From Eledone cirrhosa (lineage: Eukaryota): 64,000 bases of DNA. Under the pieces are notes generated by a model that saw nothing but the letters and a program-made list of their open reading frames with translations, ran no database searches and was not told where the DNA came from. The DNA lies in assembly GCA_964016885.1 (NCBI GenBank), contig OZ024742.1:364064001-364128000 (forward strand), in the 5' to 3' direction. Within the stretch, counting starts at the first letter, position 1. The number at the start of each line of letters is the position of its first letter. Below, piece after piece: positions 12,671 to 26,160 of this stretch. The position numbers were made by a program, and so were the translations under genes.

Positions 12671-13476
12671 TTATCTCTTTCTCTTAATTTCGAGTATATT
12701 TTTTTGACCGGCCACCTTCCTGGTGGCAAGGTTGTAAAAGAAAAGAAATTGTCATACCTTGAATCGCAAGAATGTTTTGCAAATGTTGAAGGCGCCAGCT
12801 ATCGCAGCCATTTGTAGACTATGAATTAGGGAGCTGTGTTCTTTGTCCGCAAATCCAAGTTCAGTCATACTTTGGTCCAAGCGGGTCGGTATATAACCCG
12901 TAGCTCCAATAATGATGGGTATGAAGCTAAAGGTGTATCTTGGATACTGGATTTGTAAACTCCTTATCAATGGTCCGTAGATGTCCTCCTTCTCCTGTAT
13001 TTTTCTGACAACGTTTACATTAAGTGGGCAGCTGATCTCCACAACAGAACACGTTTTCAATGTGTGGTCCCAAACAACAATATCAGGCCGGTTGTGCTTT
13101 AATTTGGTGGCAGTTTTTATTTTCAGGTTCCACCAGTATTCCTTAGTGCTATCTGTCTCAATATATTCCTCCTCGTTTGTTGTTAATTTTGTTTTCCAAA
13201 GTGCGTTCCAGATGGTTCTAGCTATCCCATCGTGTCTCATGGGGAGGTAGTAGCGAGATGACATTCTTTCGCAGCTGGCAACAATGTGGCTTACATCATC
13301 GATCTTTGTTTTACATAGCCTACATTTATTGTCAGCTGATGGCCCTCCTCTTTTGTGCAGCAGATATTTGGTAGGGAGTTCTTGTTCCTGTATTGCATAG
13401 AGATATCCCTCAAGATGTGATGTCATAAACTTGTCGGAACTCCATGCCAGTCTTTTTGAGTGGTTTATCCCCTCTA
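12671..13476 (-). mobile_element. 5'-truncated RLE-type non-LTR retrotransposon (R4/Dong-like): CCHC finger + restriction-like endonuclease
   Basis: ORF 12752-13498 has CRLC..SHIVASC, RHDGIA, HNRPDIVVWD, VEISCP, KEDIY; bounded by (TATG)n on both sides. Confidence 0.85.
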
Positions 13477-13490
13477 TGTATGTATGTATG

Positions 13491-13983
13491 TTGGACATCC
13501 TGCAGGACTAAAAACAAAACCTGTCAAAGGGCAAAGGAGCTCTTAAGAGTCAATGGCCATCCAAAATCACCGGGAGAGATGACCCCTTAGCCTTTGTCAA
13601 GGCAGAATTCTAGGAGAAGGAAAACTCTGATATAACACCTGCAACCCTGATGGTATCCAATGATGTTGACTTGTTCTTCTTTTTGGTAAATATCATCTTG
13701 GTTAAGAGAGTGGGACTGGCTTTGTGCAGTGCCTTTGCTCACTATAAAAGCTTCACGGCACAGGCATTGCTTTATATCTGGAGATCTCTCTGCACTTGTC
13801 GTCACATGGTACCATGGGCCCAGCACTATGTGTCAATAATTGTCACAAGTGTAGTGTTTGTACCAGAGTTTTCAAGTCACTGGCTGGACTAAAAAGTCAC
13901 ACTCGTTCAGCGCATCGGTAGGGGTTCTCCTACATGGATATAAAGTAGTGGCCGTACTCGAAAACGAGTTGGCAGCCACCATG
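13491..13983 (+). mobile_element. Non-coding 600-bp TATG-tailed element, copy 1 (5'-truncated)
   Basis: Near-identical to 15001-15603 and 15632-16237; ends ggcagccaccATG(TATG)n. Confidence 0.85.
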
Positions 13984-14251
13984 TATATATATATGTATGT
14001 ATGTATATATATATATGTATGTATATATGTATGTATATATGTATGTATATGTATGTATGTATGTATATATATGTATGTATGTATATATATGTATGTATAT
14101 GTATGTATGTATATATATATGTATGTATATATGTATGTATGTATGTATGTATATATATATATGTATGTATATATATATATGTATGTATATGTGTATGTAT
14201 ATATGTATGTATATATATATATGTATGTATATGTGTATGTATATGTGTATG

Positions 14252-14288
<37 letters not shown>

Positions 14289-14571
14289 GTGTGTATATAT
14301 ATGTATGTATATATATATGTATGTATATATATATGTATGTATATGTATGTATGTATGTATATATGTATGTATGTATGTATATATATATGTATGTATATAT
14401 ATATGTATATATGTATGTATGTATATATATATATATATGTATAAATGTGTGTATGTATATATATATATATGTATGTGTGTGTATATATGTATGTATATAT
14501 ATATGTGTATGTATATGTATATGTATGTATATATATGTATATATATATGTGTATGTATATGTATATGTATG

Positions 14572-14602
<31 letters not shown>

Positions 14603-14963
14603 ATGTATATATGTATATATATATATATATGTGTGTATGTATGTATGTATATGTATGTATATATATATATATATATGTATGTATATATATATATGTGTGT
14701 ATGTATATGTATATATATGTGTATATATATATGTGTGTATATGTATGTATGAGTATATATATGTATGAATATATATATGTGTGTGTATGTATATGTATGT
14801 ATGTATGTATGTATATATATGTATGTATGTATATATATGTATGTATGTATGTATGTATATGTATATGTATGTATATATGTATGTATGTATGTATATATGT
14901 GTATATGTATGTATGTTTATATATGTATGTATATGTGTGTATGTATGTATGTATATATGTATG

Positions 14964-14997
<34 letters not shown>

Positions 14998-15000
14998 TAT
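13984..15000. repeat. Compound (TATG)/(TA) microsatellite, about 1 kb
   Basis: Direct reading. Confidence 0.97.
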
Positions 15001-15603
15001 GTCAGGTCACCACTTGGTGCTACTGGTAACATGTATCCCAGTACAACCTGTCTCATGGTCGGGTCGTTGGCGACTAAACTGGCAACCCCACTAAGGTTTC
15101 TTGGTGAGGAGGGTGTCTTTGGACATCCTGCAGGACTAAAAACAAAACCTGTCAAAGGAGCTCTTAAGAGTCAATGGCCATCCAAAATCACTGGGAGAGA
15201 TGACCCCTTAGCCTTTGTCAAGGCAGAATTCTAGGAGAAGGAAAACTCTGATATAACACCTGCAACCCTGATGGTATCCAATGATGTTGACTTGTTCTTC
15301 TTTTTGGTAAATATCATCTTGGTTAAGAGAGTGGGACTGGCTTTGTGCAGTGCCTTTGCTCACTATAAAAGCTTCACGGCACAGGCATTGCTTTATATCT
15401 AGAGATCTCTCTGCACTTGCCGTCACATGGTACCATGGGCCCAGCACTATGTGTCAATAATTGTCACAAGTGTAGTGTTTGTACCAGAGTTTTCAAGTCG
15501 CTGACTGGACTAAAAAGTCACACTCGTTCAGCGCATCGGTAGGGGTTCTCCTACATGGATATAAAGTAGTGGCCGTACTCGAAAACGAGTTGGCAGCCAC
15601 CAT
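15001..15603 (+). mobile_element. Non-coding 600-bp TATG-tailed element, copy 2 (probably RTE-derived non-autonomous)
   Basis: Starts gtcaggtcacca; contains ctaggagaaggaaaactctga, recalled as an RTE 5' UTR motif (unverified). Confidence 0.8.
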
Positions 15604-15631
15604 GTATGTATGTATGTATGTATGTATGTAT

Positions 15632-16237
15632 GTCAGGTCACCAGTTTGTGCTACTGGTAACATGTATCCCAGTACATCCTGTCTCATGGTCGGGTCGTTG
15701 GCGACTAAACTGGCAACCCCACCAAGGTGTCTTGGTGAGGAGGGTCACTTTGGACATCCGGCAGGACTAAAAACACAACCTGTCAAAGGGGAGAGGAGCT
15801 CTTAAGAGTCAATGGCCATCCAAAATCACCGGGAGAGATGACCCCTTAGCCTTTGTCAAGGCAGAATTCTAGGAGAAGGAAAACTCTGATATAACACCTG
15901 CAACTCTGGTGGTATCCAATGATGTTTATTTGTTCTTCTTTTTGGTAAATATCATCTTGGTTAAGAGAGTAGGACTGGCTTTGTGCAGTGCCTTTGCTCA
16001 CTATAAAAGCCTCACGGCACAGGCATTGCTTTATATCTGGAGATCTCTCTGCACTTGTCGTCACATGGTACCATGGGCCCAGCACTATGTGTCAATAATT
16101 GTCACAAGTGTTTGTACCAGAGTTTTCAAGTCGCTGGCTGGAGTAATATGTCACACTCGTTCAGCGCATGGGTAGGCGTTCTCCTACATGGATATAAAGT
16201 AGTGGCCGTACTCGAAAACGAGTTGGCAGCCACCATG
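15632..16237 (+). mobile_element. Non-coding 600-bp TATG-tailed element, copy 3
   Basis: Tandem with copy 2 across a short (TATG)n spacer. Confidence 0.85.
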
Positions 16238-16307
<70 letters not shown>

Positions 16308-16441
16308 CAGGATGGTGTAGGACAGAACAAAGGAGAGCCACAAAATAAAAATCTAATTACTGAGGAGGTCACAGAATTTGTGACGAATGACCTTTGACAA
16401 TATATAAACATCCATCCGGTTATCGAACTAACCAACCGGAA

Positions 16442-16443
<2 letters not shown>
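16308..16443 (+). mobile_element. Diverged pLTR fragment of the 47931/60579 PLE family with decayed hammerhead
   Basis: Matches about 61812-61960; CTGAGGA at 16360, GAAA changed to GAAT. Confidence 0.7.
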
Positions 16444-16519
<76 letters not shown>

Positions 16520-17827
16520 GTGACCTCTATTGGGTAGGCGGAATATGTGGTGGCTCGTTTTGTGAATTTTATCTGTAATTCATAATGCCCAGATATGTTG
16601 TATATTCTGTTACACTGAATCTAAGATCACGTTAATGGTACACACATACATGCGGAATATTCAACCATTCAAATACATTAAATCGCAACATGAACGCTCA
16701 GCTGATCGAATGACTGACGGCTCATCGTCGAAACCAACGAAGAATCCATCATATTTTGTATACTTTTTTATTTTATCCAGTCCTACAGTGTTTTGAATTG
16801 ATTACAATTTCAATAAAGTGATAATGTTCAAAATAAATTTTTATTGGTGTTGTCTGCTAAGATATTGTTAATTTCAATATAATATTCCACCAGTATTTCC
16901 CAGGACACCACTGCTTGCTAATTTCATTAAAGCATCTCACTCACTGCATCTTCTATTAATTGTTTGTCTTGATTTTGTAATATTTATATATATTTCCCAG
17001 TGGATATAAAACACCGCCAGTCGATATTTCCGTAGGAATTGTCGACTTCCATAATATGATCAATCTTTTCCTGGTAGAACTTTATATTCTACACTTATCG
17101 TAAGCTTTAGTCTTGTTAATCTAAAAGACAGCCACCTGTTATTGCTTTCATGCCAGAGTCGCTAAGCCTCTGTTCGCTTCTATAATACTTTGATCTAATA
17201 TTACAGATTACATGGCATGAAACAATATATTACATCACATTTATATAGCTATACCTTCAAGTATTTCTACGATGGATTCTTTCCATTGCTTTGATAAATT
17301 TAGCTCACATGATGTCTAAAACTAGATACCAGATTATATAAATGAAGAAGGTAATTTCGTTCGGGAAATGTTCGAGAATAAATCTCTGAAAGATCAGCTT
17401 ATGGTGGCTCGTATCAACCCAAGAATAACAAATGGAAAATCATCCAGGTTTGGATTTCAATCAGAAACTTCAGGTTTTTCAGTGCAGGAAATAGAGCGTC
17501 CATTTGGCATACTATTTTTGACGTATTTCCCCTGAAACTGTATTTTCATAATTTTTGTATTTATTGAGAAAAGAAATCCAAAGTAGTAAATATATAAATT
17601 ATGAAAATATTTACACTGACAATCATAATATCTCTAAATGATCCTCTGTTACAGGATACCAGACTCCAGACAACGTCTTATGATATTTAGTGTCATATTT
17701 TAACGCCTTCGTTCTTATGTTTCCATTAAAATACAGCGGCAATATAGTTCAATAAATTTAAAAATAATCAAATATTTGCAGGAATTTAATAAAATAACTT
17801 GTTTTCTTTATTAAGGTCGTTGGGAGT

Positions 17828-18010
17828 GTGGTGGATTGGTAGAATCGGTAGAACTCGGACAATATGCTTTGCGGCCCTTTACGTTCTAGGTTCTAATCCC
17901 ACCGTTATTTCATCCTTACGGGGTCAATAAAGTACTAGTAACGTACTGGGGGCTATTTCATCGACCCCCCCCCCCCAATAGGCATGGTGCCTAAATCAGA
18001 AACTATTATT
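17828..18010 (+). mobile_element. MetaSINE-like SINE
   Basis: gtggtggattggtagaatcgg head, ggttctaatccc B-box-like, ttcatccttacggggtcaataaagtac core. Confidence 0.7.
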
Positions 18011-18085
18011 AAGCTCGCTAATATTCTAATACTAGTATAGGTACTTGTATTATAAAAGCCACGTTGATGTGGGACAAATGTCTTA

Positions 18086-18402
18086 AAATGTTGACATTGG
18101 ATGACAGGAAATGTTGACATTGGATGACAGGAAGTGTTGACATTGGATGACTGGAAATGTTGATATTTCCTGATTGGAAATGTTGATATTTCCTGATTGG
18201 AAATGTTGACATTGGATGACAGGAAATGTTGACATTGGATGACTGTAAATGTTGACTATGACGAGATTTTAAACTAGAGTGTAGAATGGTGTAACGAAAC
18301 ACTGCAATGGATTTCATCCGGCGAACTAACAATTCCGTAATTTCTGAAACAACCACAATTCCAAATATTAGAATAGATTTTAGGATTGATTATATCAAAC
18401 CC
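18086..18402 (+). repeat. Second 23-bp minisatellite array plus 145-bp flank shared with 9910-10053
   Basis: atgacgagattttaaactagag...tatcaaaccc is almost identical at both loci. Confidence 0.9.
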
Positions 18403-18734
18403 ACAAGAAACTCGAAACAGACACAGATGTAACTAAAATTGTTTAGCAAATAGACCGAGATTCTTATCATTTCAAACAATTCACTTTTTTTACTGACCTC
18501 ATCATTTTATTGAGTTTACAAATGAAAGAAGTAAACATGTAAATATTTCAGTCAAAATAATCTCTTCTTCTTCTTCTTCTTCTTCTTCTTCTTCTTCTTC
18601 TTCTTCTTCTTCTTCTTCACCCATTCATTCCTGAAGGTGTCGTGGGGGAGGAGTCCTCAAACACTCCTTCCAGTGGTTCCAAGATATGTTAAAAGAGCTA
18701 CTTTACTACACTTAAACATTGTGCGTTTTCAAAT

Positions 18735-18931
18735 TACGAGGGTCGGCTGAAACATTCATATACTGACTATGAAGGAGTGATGCTAGAGCTGCCAAATCTC
18801 AAATTCATTAATTTCAATTCTTAGTAATAACTGCATTGTTTCCTTACAGAGACTGTTGAAAACATTCCTAAATTTAATCGTTCCACGAGAGTATCTTGGT
18901 CACACTATGAACCTTTCAACATGCCCTCATA
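18735..18931. mobile_element. Mariner-type MITE (TA-flanked)
   Basis: TAcgagggtcggctgaaa ... tttcaacatgccctcaTA; homologous to 27496-27713. Confidence 0.7.
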
Positions 18932-19458
18932 CAACAAACATCAGAATCACATAAGGAGGCACGATAATATACGTGTTTTCTTTTGTTAGCTATTCCTAAA
19001 CATGTCCTCTTTGGAGAACCTTATTCTCACGTGAATATTCTGACTGCTCAATCATCACTTTTTACCAGAGTTTTCAAAATTTCTGGGGTTTTGTGTATGT
19101 TTATGGCTTCTCAAAGGATTTATATCTTACCCACACCCTATACACACAGATAGAGCGATAGAAATAGAAAAGAGTGAAGTGAAATGAGACAAATTTATGA
19201 AAGTTAAGATAAAGATAACGCCTGTGTGTAATCGAATAAGAAGTAGCCTCAACGTATTGGACCAAGGCTCTTTATCAGGAAAGAATCTAAAGTGGAGAAG
19301 TTTTTAGAGGGGATGGGACATGGAGGAGATATGAAAAAGTAAGTATAAGTGAAGAGGTCGCGTTAGTAGATGTGATGTAGAGAAATTGATTTTATATATA
19401 TATTTATATATATATATATATACACCTACGCGTATTTTATGTTATATATATATGTATG

Positions 19459-19505
<47 letters not shown>

Positions 19506-19979
19506 ACATACGCGTATTTAATGCTGTATTACTATATCGATACACTTACAGACATGTGCACACACTTTCTTCTTAAGAATATTCTGTGTATATTAAAGTC
19601 TATGAAAAAAATAGATAGCTGTGAGTCAATTTTAATATTTTCTTGATTAAGAAGTAGTTTATATAAAAACATTGTTTTGTGTCAACACAGATGCCTGAAC
19701 TAATGTATTTTCCAACTTCATATATTCACAACTGTCGCCCGTATGGGGGAGAAAAAACAAAATACAATGGTCTGAATATAAAAAAAAAGAAAATATAAGT
19801 CAAATATTTAAGAAGAGCAGAAAACATAATTTGTTTGCTGTCGGTTGTAACATCTTTAGAGGTAGAATAAGTGAGTCAACCATCGCAATTACGTTGTATT
19901 CAGTTTAAACTACACATCGAATAAGTTTGAATGAATGAATGAATGAATAATAATAATATTAATAAAAGTAATAATAATG

Positions 19980-22900
19980 ATTTCTTTATTAACCACAAGG
20001 GTTTACACAAAATAGACATTAAGGACAGTACAGGACAATACAGGACGGTACAAAAGGGCATTTCTGCGTGTAAAAAAACAAAAAAAACAGAGGATGTAAT
20101 AATAGAACAATGAAAGAAATTCCCCAATAGGGGGGGAGACTTCCGAGGGACATTCGTGGAGAAAGCCCATTAAAAGACCACAGTGACCCTGACCACCAGG
20201 GCAAGTGCCCTCTCCCAGTTTTCCACCTTCAATTTACAGGCATATACTCAGAGTAGGTCCATTCACTCGGGCCATAATTGCCTTTCTCACCCATCTTTAA
20301 AAGAAAAGCTGGGAAGAGAGCACCTCTCTCTCTACCCTGATTTTCTTTTTCAAATGAAATTGAAAAAAGTTAATCAGGGCATCACCGAAGAGGTAAGTGC
20401 TCGTCTTAAACCTTTTCAGACGTGTCCACCATACTATCTCTTTCGCCATGGCCACCAGACAGATGAAAACTGCCTGCCCTTTCCGGCTAAAGGAAGAGGG
20501 CGGGGAAATCCTCACGATGGACTCAGCTGATAGTCGGATCCGTTCTACACGCGCCAGCAGGTGTTCGGCATAAACCCACAAGTCAGCAATGCTCGGACAC
20601 TGGACGAGTGAATGCAGGACGGTTTCGTCGCCCTGCGCACATCTCGGACATGCCCGTCTGACGGCATCTCCATGCTGGTAGAGTTTATCCCGAACTGGCA
20701 AAGCTCCTTGGTAGCACTGCCAGGCCAGGGATTTCTGGAAGTTGTCCATAGGCCCCGGCCCAAAGGTTCTTTCAAAGAGATTGGCTAGTTAATTTTGTCG
20801 ACGCCTAGAGTTTCCCCAAGTACGTCGTCGCCCTTCCCCTCCACTAATCCTCTATAGAACGCCAAGGTGGAGTTTCCACCGATCACATTGCCCGATTGTT
20901 CGAGGGCTGTGAGCGCCTGAAGACATTCGAGTCTCCAAGTGCTCCCTCTCGGTCTTCGCTTGACCCAGGACTGCAGATCCGTCAAGGAGATGAGCTGGGG
21001 AAAGACGCGTCTAGCAAACGGTGACCACTCCTGATCACCGTCGAGGAAGAGGTGGAGATGTCGTAGCCTGAGTGCGTGTCTGCGCATCATCAGCCATGGC
21101 TTGCCCAGCCCTCCACGTAGCGGGTGTTGACATCAGATGGACCGCCTGACCAACGCTCCAATGCAGTCAGGCGAGGCTTAGGACAAGGCACGACGGTCAG
21201 GCGGTAGGAGAGGATGGACGCGATGTACTCGTTAGCCTCCGCTCGACCTTTCAGGGATAGCTTCCTCTCCGCCCATTTCTGGGTGAGAGAAGCCAACCTG
21301 CTCGTCACCTCGTCCCAGTTTCTGTCCGTCCGGAGGTCCGGACCGAACCAGACCCCTAACAATTTAACTGGTCTGTCCGTCTAGCGCCCGACGACGCCGT
21401 TGGCTCCAATGGACCTTCCTGTCCGGGTGCCGAGCTGCAGGCCGACTGACTTTTCCTGATTGATTATTGCTCCTGTCACCATTCGTATTCTCTTAGTGTA
21501 GTGCAGATCGCCTCGATGTGTTTGGCGTTCGACACCACCACGGTGACATCGTCCGCATATGCAGACACGGATCTTCCGCATGCTAGTTCGCGCGGGTCCC
21601 CCTTCAACGTCTCCAGTTTGTGCAGTAATGGCTCGAGAGTCAATATGTACAAGAGGGACGAGAGGGGACATCCTTGGCGGACCGAGCGCATGATGTTGAA
21701 CGGTTCCGAAAGGTGACCGTTCACTCTCACCACAGAGCAGATGTCGCTGTGCATGGCAGCGATCCAGCCTCTGAAGACGGGCCCAAAGCCAGCCGCCCTC
21801 AGGACTGCCACTAGGTAACGATTGTCGACCCTATCGAAAGCTTTCGACTGATCTAAATTTATCAAAGACCCACCCGTGCCAGATCCCCTAGCTACCCTCT
21901 CTACTTTGTATCGCATGATGTGGAGGTTGTCGTCGATGGATCTGTCTGGAATGGCGCATGTCTGCGCCTCTCCCACCAGACCACCAACGACAAGCGCCAA
22001 CCTCTTTGCTAGCACCTTGGCCAAAATCTTGAACTCTGTGTTTAGCAGAGTTATGGGCCTGAAATTATCTGTTATCCCCCTTGTTCAGATCCTTTTTCAG
22101 CAACGCCACCGCTCCTCGGCTCACAGACCTGGGAGTTCTCCCGTTCTGTTGCCAGTTGCAGTGGACGTCCGCCAAGAGGCCTCCGAACAAGTCTGGCATC
22201 TGTACGAAAAGTTCATAGGGCAGACCATCCAAACCAGGAGATTTACCCCTTGTGCAGCCAGTCATTTCCTCCCTTACTTCAGCGGCTGTTATCGGCTTTT
22301 CGCAACACTCCGACTCAGTGGCAGATAGCCGCGGCAGTCCGTCGAGGTAGACACTAAAGTCCATCCCTCGATCCGGCCCGCCACTACCTCCGAACAGTTG
22401 AGCGAAGTGTCGCTGAAAAGCTTCACACATTTGCCCGGGATCGAGTAGCATGCGCCCGTCGTGGCCCATCAAAGACCGGATCGTGGCTTTGTTGCCACGA
22501 CGCGCCTCCGCCACTCGGCCCATTGAACGGCTTTCGTCCCTTCGTGTCTGGGAGCACGCACCCTAGCTCTGACAACACAGCCTTCGTGCTTTGCATTGAA
22601 GAATTGGTCAAGGGCCAATTTCGCCGCAGGTACGTCGGTCCCGATGCCTTTGCTAAGCGCCTCGTCTAATTTTCTAATTAATTCTCCCTCTGCTCTATGT
22701 TTCTCTATTGCTAAAGCCTTACTAAACCTAATGGACTCTATTCTTATTGCTCTTTTCAGAGCAAACCACCACTTGTTGTTGACGATGGCCCCCCTCAACG
22801 CCCGCTTAACTAGTTCGCTAATCCGGTCTCTGTAGGACTTGCGCGCTGGTAAGGGCGCATTTAGCTTCCAGTAGCCGGGTCCTCGTCTATGAAGCTTATC

Positions 22901-23365
22901 TAAGTCAAGCACACAGATCACGAATTTGTGGTCCGTGGAGCTGACTATCTTGAATTGTGGACAGCCTATGCTAGACCTATCTATTTCCCTACAAAATACT
23001 CTATTTAGATATGATATTGATGACCCGAAGCGGTTTGTCCAAGTCCACATTGGCACATTCGGGAAATCCAATCGGTCAGACAGTTCGAAACGCCTGAGCA
23101 GGTTGGTGAGGCTCTTGCACCCTCCTCCCCTATACGCTAATCCCACACAGTCCCAGCGTGCATCTAAGATCCCGTTCCAGTCGCCCACTAACACTAAAGA
23201 GCGGGACGTTTCAAGAAAGGTCTCCAGACGGCGGAAGAAATGAGGCCGTCCTGCTCCTGTCGGGGCATAGATGGCCACTAGCCTGAAAGCTTACCGGTCT
23301 CCGCTGGTCACGTCCAGCATCACCAACTTACCTTCTGGGTCCAGGAAGAGGGCTCGTATGGTGAG
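19980..23365 (-). mobile_element. 5'-truncated, frameshifted L1-superfamily (Tx1-like) LINE ORF2: APE + RT + zinc finger
   Basis: IYAP, GDWN, PGYWKLN, KSPGLDGLPYE, LDQSKAFDRV, VRQGCPLS, AYADDVT, CPRC..ETVLHSLVQCP; AATAAA then (ATT)n at the 3' end; GC-rich against the background. Confidence 0.92.
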
Positions 23366-23791
23366 TTCCAAACCTCTCCGAAAAAGCACAGCTTATGTTA
23401 TGTAATTTTTTTGTGTAATTTCTATTATTTTTATGTGTGTGTGAGGTGCAATTTTGTAGGTTAGTACGTAGTTTGTTTCTGTGATGTTGGTGTGGTGTTG
23501 AATGTAATTTAAAAGCTTTGTAATAATAATAACAATAATAATAACATTCACTGACTAGGAACGGCTGGGAATTCTTGTCTGGAATTTTATTTCTGGGCCG
23601 AGAAAACCTCCTGATGATTTGGGATTTCTCGCGATACTCTACTCGGAGTATCGTCATTTTCCCAATGAAACTGGAGGGAGGACATTAAAGTGAGTAGGTA
23701 AAGACTTTTTTCTTAACTCGTTTGCTTTTCCCATATTTGATTTTATATATAAATATATACATATATATACATAAATACATACATATATATG

Positions 23792-23833
<42 letters not shown>

Positions 23834-25145
23834 CATGGTTATAAATGGAAGAAAACACCCTCTGTCTACACTATATAGAACAGCCAAATAACAGCAATTT
23901 CACCAACACCAGAAACTTGATACACCGCCTATCTCATGACACTAAATATAACAGCCAGATAACGGCAATTTCACCACCATCAATCCCAGCATCATAATAA
24001 TAATTACTATTATTATTGTCTCAAATTTTAACAAAATGTTTAATTACAATTTTACGGGAATATGTCAACACAATATATATTAAACATACGAACACAAACT
24101 CATAGATACTACATATCAGTAACCACAACGCCACCGCTGCCACCACCCCACCCCATCCATCATTGCTACCACTATCCCATCGCCGCCGCCACCACTCCTT
24201 CATTGCTACCACCACTATTCCCCTGTTAACTTGAGAGAGAAAGGGGAAGGTGGCGGTATCACTAGACAAGGGAGAGGCTAGCAAAAGATATAAATAGATT
24301 GACTTAGTGACCTGGCCACCGGCCAAACGTCAACATCAACAACTATGGGACTGCTGGCTCACCCCTTCCTCACCAACAATATAAAAAGCCCCGGCACCAC
24401 CACCGACATAGCCAACAACGATAACAGGCAACTACTGCAAAAATAATATTATATTATTGTAATGCACTGGGTGATTGCTGGCCTTGTGCCTGGAGTGGAG
24501 ACGATTATTAATAATTTCATTCTTAAGCCACGCAATGCTCACATTAAGGAACCACTCATGCAGTTTATGCAAACCCTACCAAATTATATAATAACCATGT
24601 CACTGTACCTGCTTATAGGAATGTATATAGAAAGTCCATTGTTTTCTTGAGAGGTGTAAGTATTTCATCTTCCCTACCGTTGCTTCGATAAATTGTTAGA
24701 ATCAGGTGCAGAATGCTTTATAGTCTACAACATCCATGTTAATTTACGCAGAGGAGATATATCTATTTAAACCTAGCAAAGTGTCTGTTATTCTTGTTGT
24801 TATTCTTCTTGTTTTGTCATTGCACTTTATGTTTGCTCTACAAGAATCTGATTCCATCTATGATACATTGCGGAATATTGTCATTTGTGTATTTTCTAAT
24901 GTAAATATCTGTTTCTACATCTGTGTGCTTGTTTAATTCACACACACATATATCTATTTATTTATTTAAATATATATCTTTACACACACACATATATATG
25001 TACATGTATGGTGAACTAACTGTTGTTAGTACTTCTACCAAACTCGTCCCATGGACTGAGTGCTCTACCACTACGGATATTAACTTCCAGTGTTCTCTCT
25101 CTCTCTCGCTGTCTCTCTATATATAAATATATATATATATATTTA

Positions 25146-26160
25146 TAACGAAGGAGGTGCGGTAAGGAACCAGATCGACCATAATGCACCAGAGTACTCA
25201 ATACTTAGGGTAGTAAAGTGGGTAATAGGAAAATGTTTAGCCCCGACGGCAGGGCTGAACTAAATTAGAATTTTTAGCGTGGTAATGTATAGCCGAACTT
25301 TTCAGGGGGTAATTCCTTATATGGGAAGATTGTAGTAGTCAAAAGGATTGGTAAAAATTTCTTGTAAACACAATTAAATCTTTCATGGTGGTGGTGGGTG
25401 GTGGGGGTGGCTGAACTTGCCTGTAGAACAATGAGGGAGTGGGTTGAGCCGGTCAAGCGTTGAGAGTGAATTCTATACACCAAATTCTAAGGAGTGTGTA
25501 TGAAATTAAGCCAGCTAGAAAGCAGACGGAAGAAGAATTGTGGAGGATTCTAAGAGTGGGAAGTTATAAAATTAAAAAGTTAATAAATTGAAATAAAAAA
25601 AATAAAAATAATAAATAAAAATAATGATAATATTAAAAAATTAAATAATAAAAATAATAAAAAAAAAAAAAACTAGAGTCTAAAACAGCTGCTATATTTG
25701 TAGCTGGTATTACATTTTAGGCCAATGTTATATAGAATTTACTGGGGTGGGGGAACCGAGTCTACAAAAGCCCGAAGGGCTGCCTCAGGGTAAGAAGCGA
25801 AAGAGGAACAAGGAAGAGGAGAGGGAGTTGATGGAAGCGAGAAGAAGAGATAAAGGGAAGAAAGAAAAGAAGTACATCTACCTAGTATGCTGGGGTTTCC
25901 CCTAGCTTGTTCGGCAAGTAGGAGAAAGAAGGATGTTACAGCCATTGTCTACCCACCCGGGTCATGAGGGAGTTTGAGGGCGAGGTGAGACCTATGCAAT
26001 CGGTGTTTACATGCGGTTACAAGTTCGTCTTTTTTGTTTAGCAGTTGGTCCTTCGTAAACAGCATTTGTATTGTTTCCTGCGAGCATAAATTATACGGGC
26101 GGCGTCCTCTCGTGTAGGAGTTAGCCCTGGAGAGTAAGCTCCAAGTAACATGGTATGTGA
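25146..26160 (-). mobile_element. Naiad-type PLE 3' fragment (endonuclease C-terminus + 3' UTR/pLTR)
   Basis: YHVTWSLLSRANSY..YNLCSQE..LLNKKDELVTACKH; pLTR end shared with 7082-7195. Confidence 0.75.

Noticed and set aside
12277-12729. 150-aa minus-strand ORF as a host exon
   Set aside because: It is the antisense of a decayed mariner transposase.
15020-15070. Twister-like TAA-catg...catg-gtcggg pattern
   Set aside because: Lacks P4 and the conserved L4 and pseudoknot nucleotides.
13858-15234. 458-aa and 427-aa Tyr/Ile/Met/Val ORFs, and similar ORFs at 52697-57827
   Set aside because: Translations of TA/TG/TATG microsatellites.
16700-16750. CTGATCGA...GAAAC motif
   Set aside because: Extra base in the core and no stem III or stem I closure.
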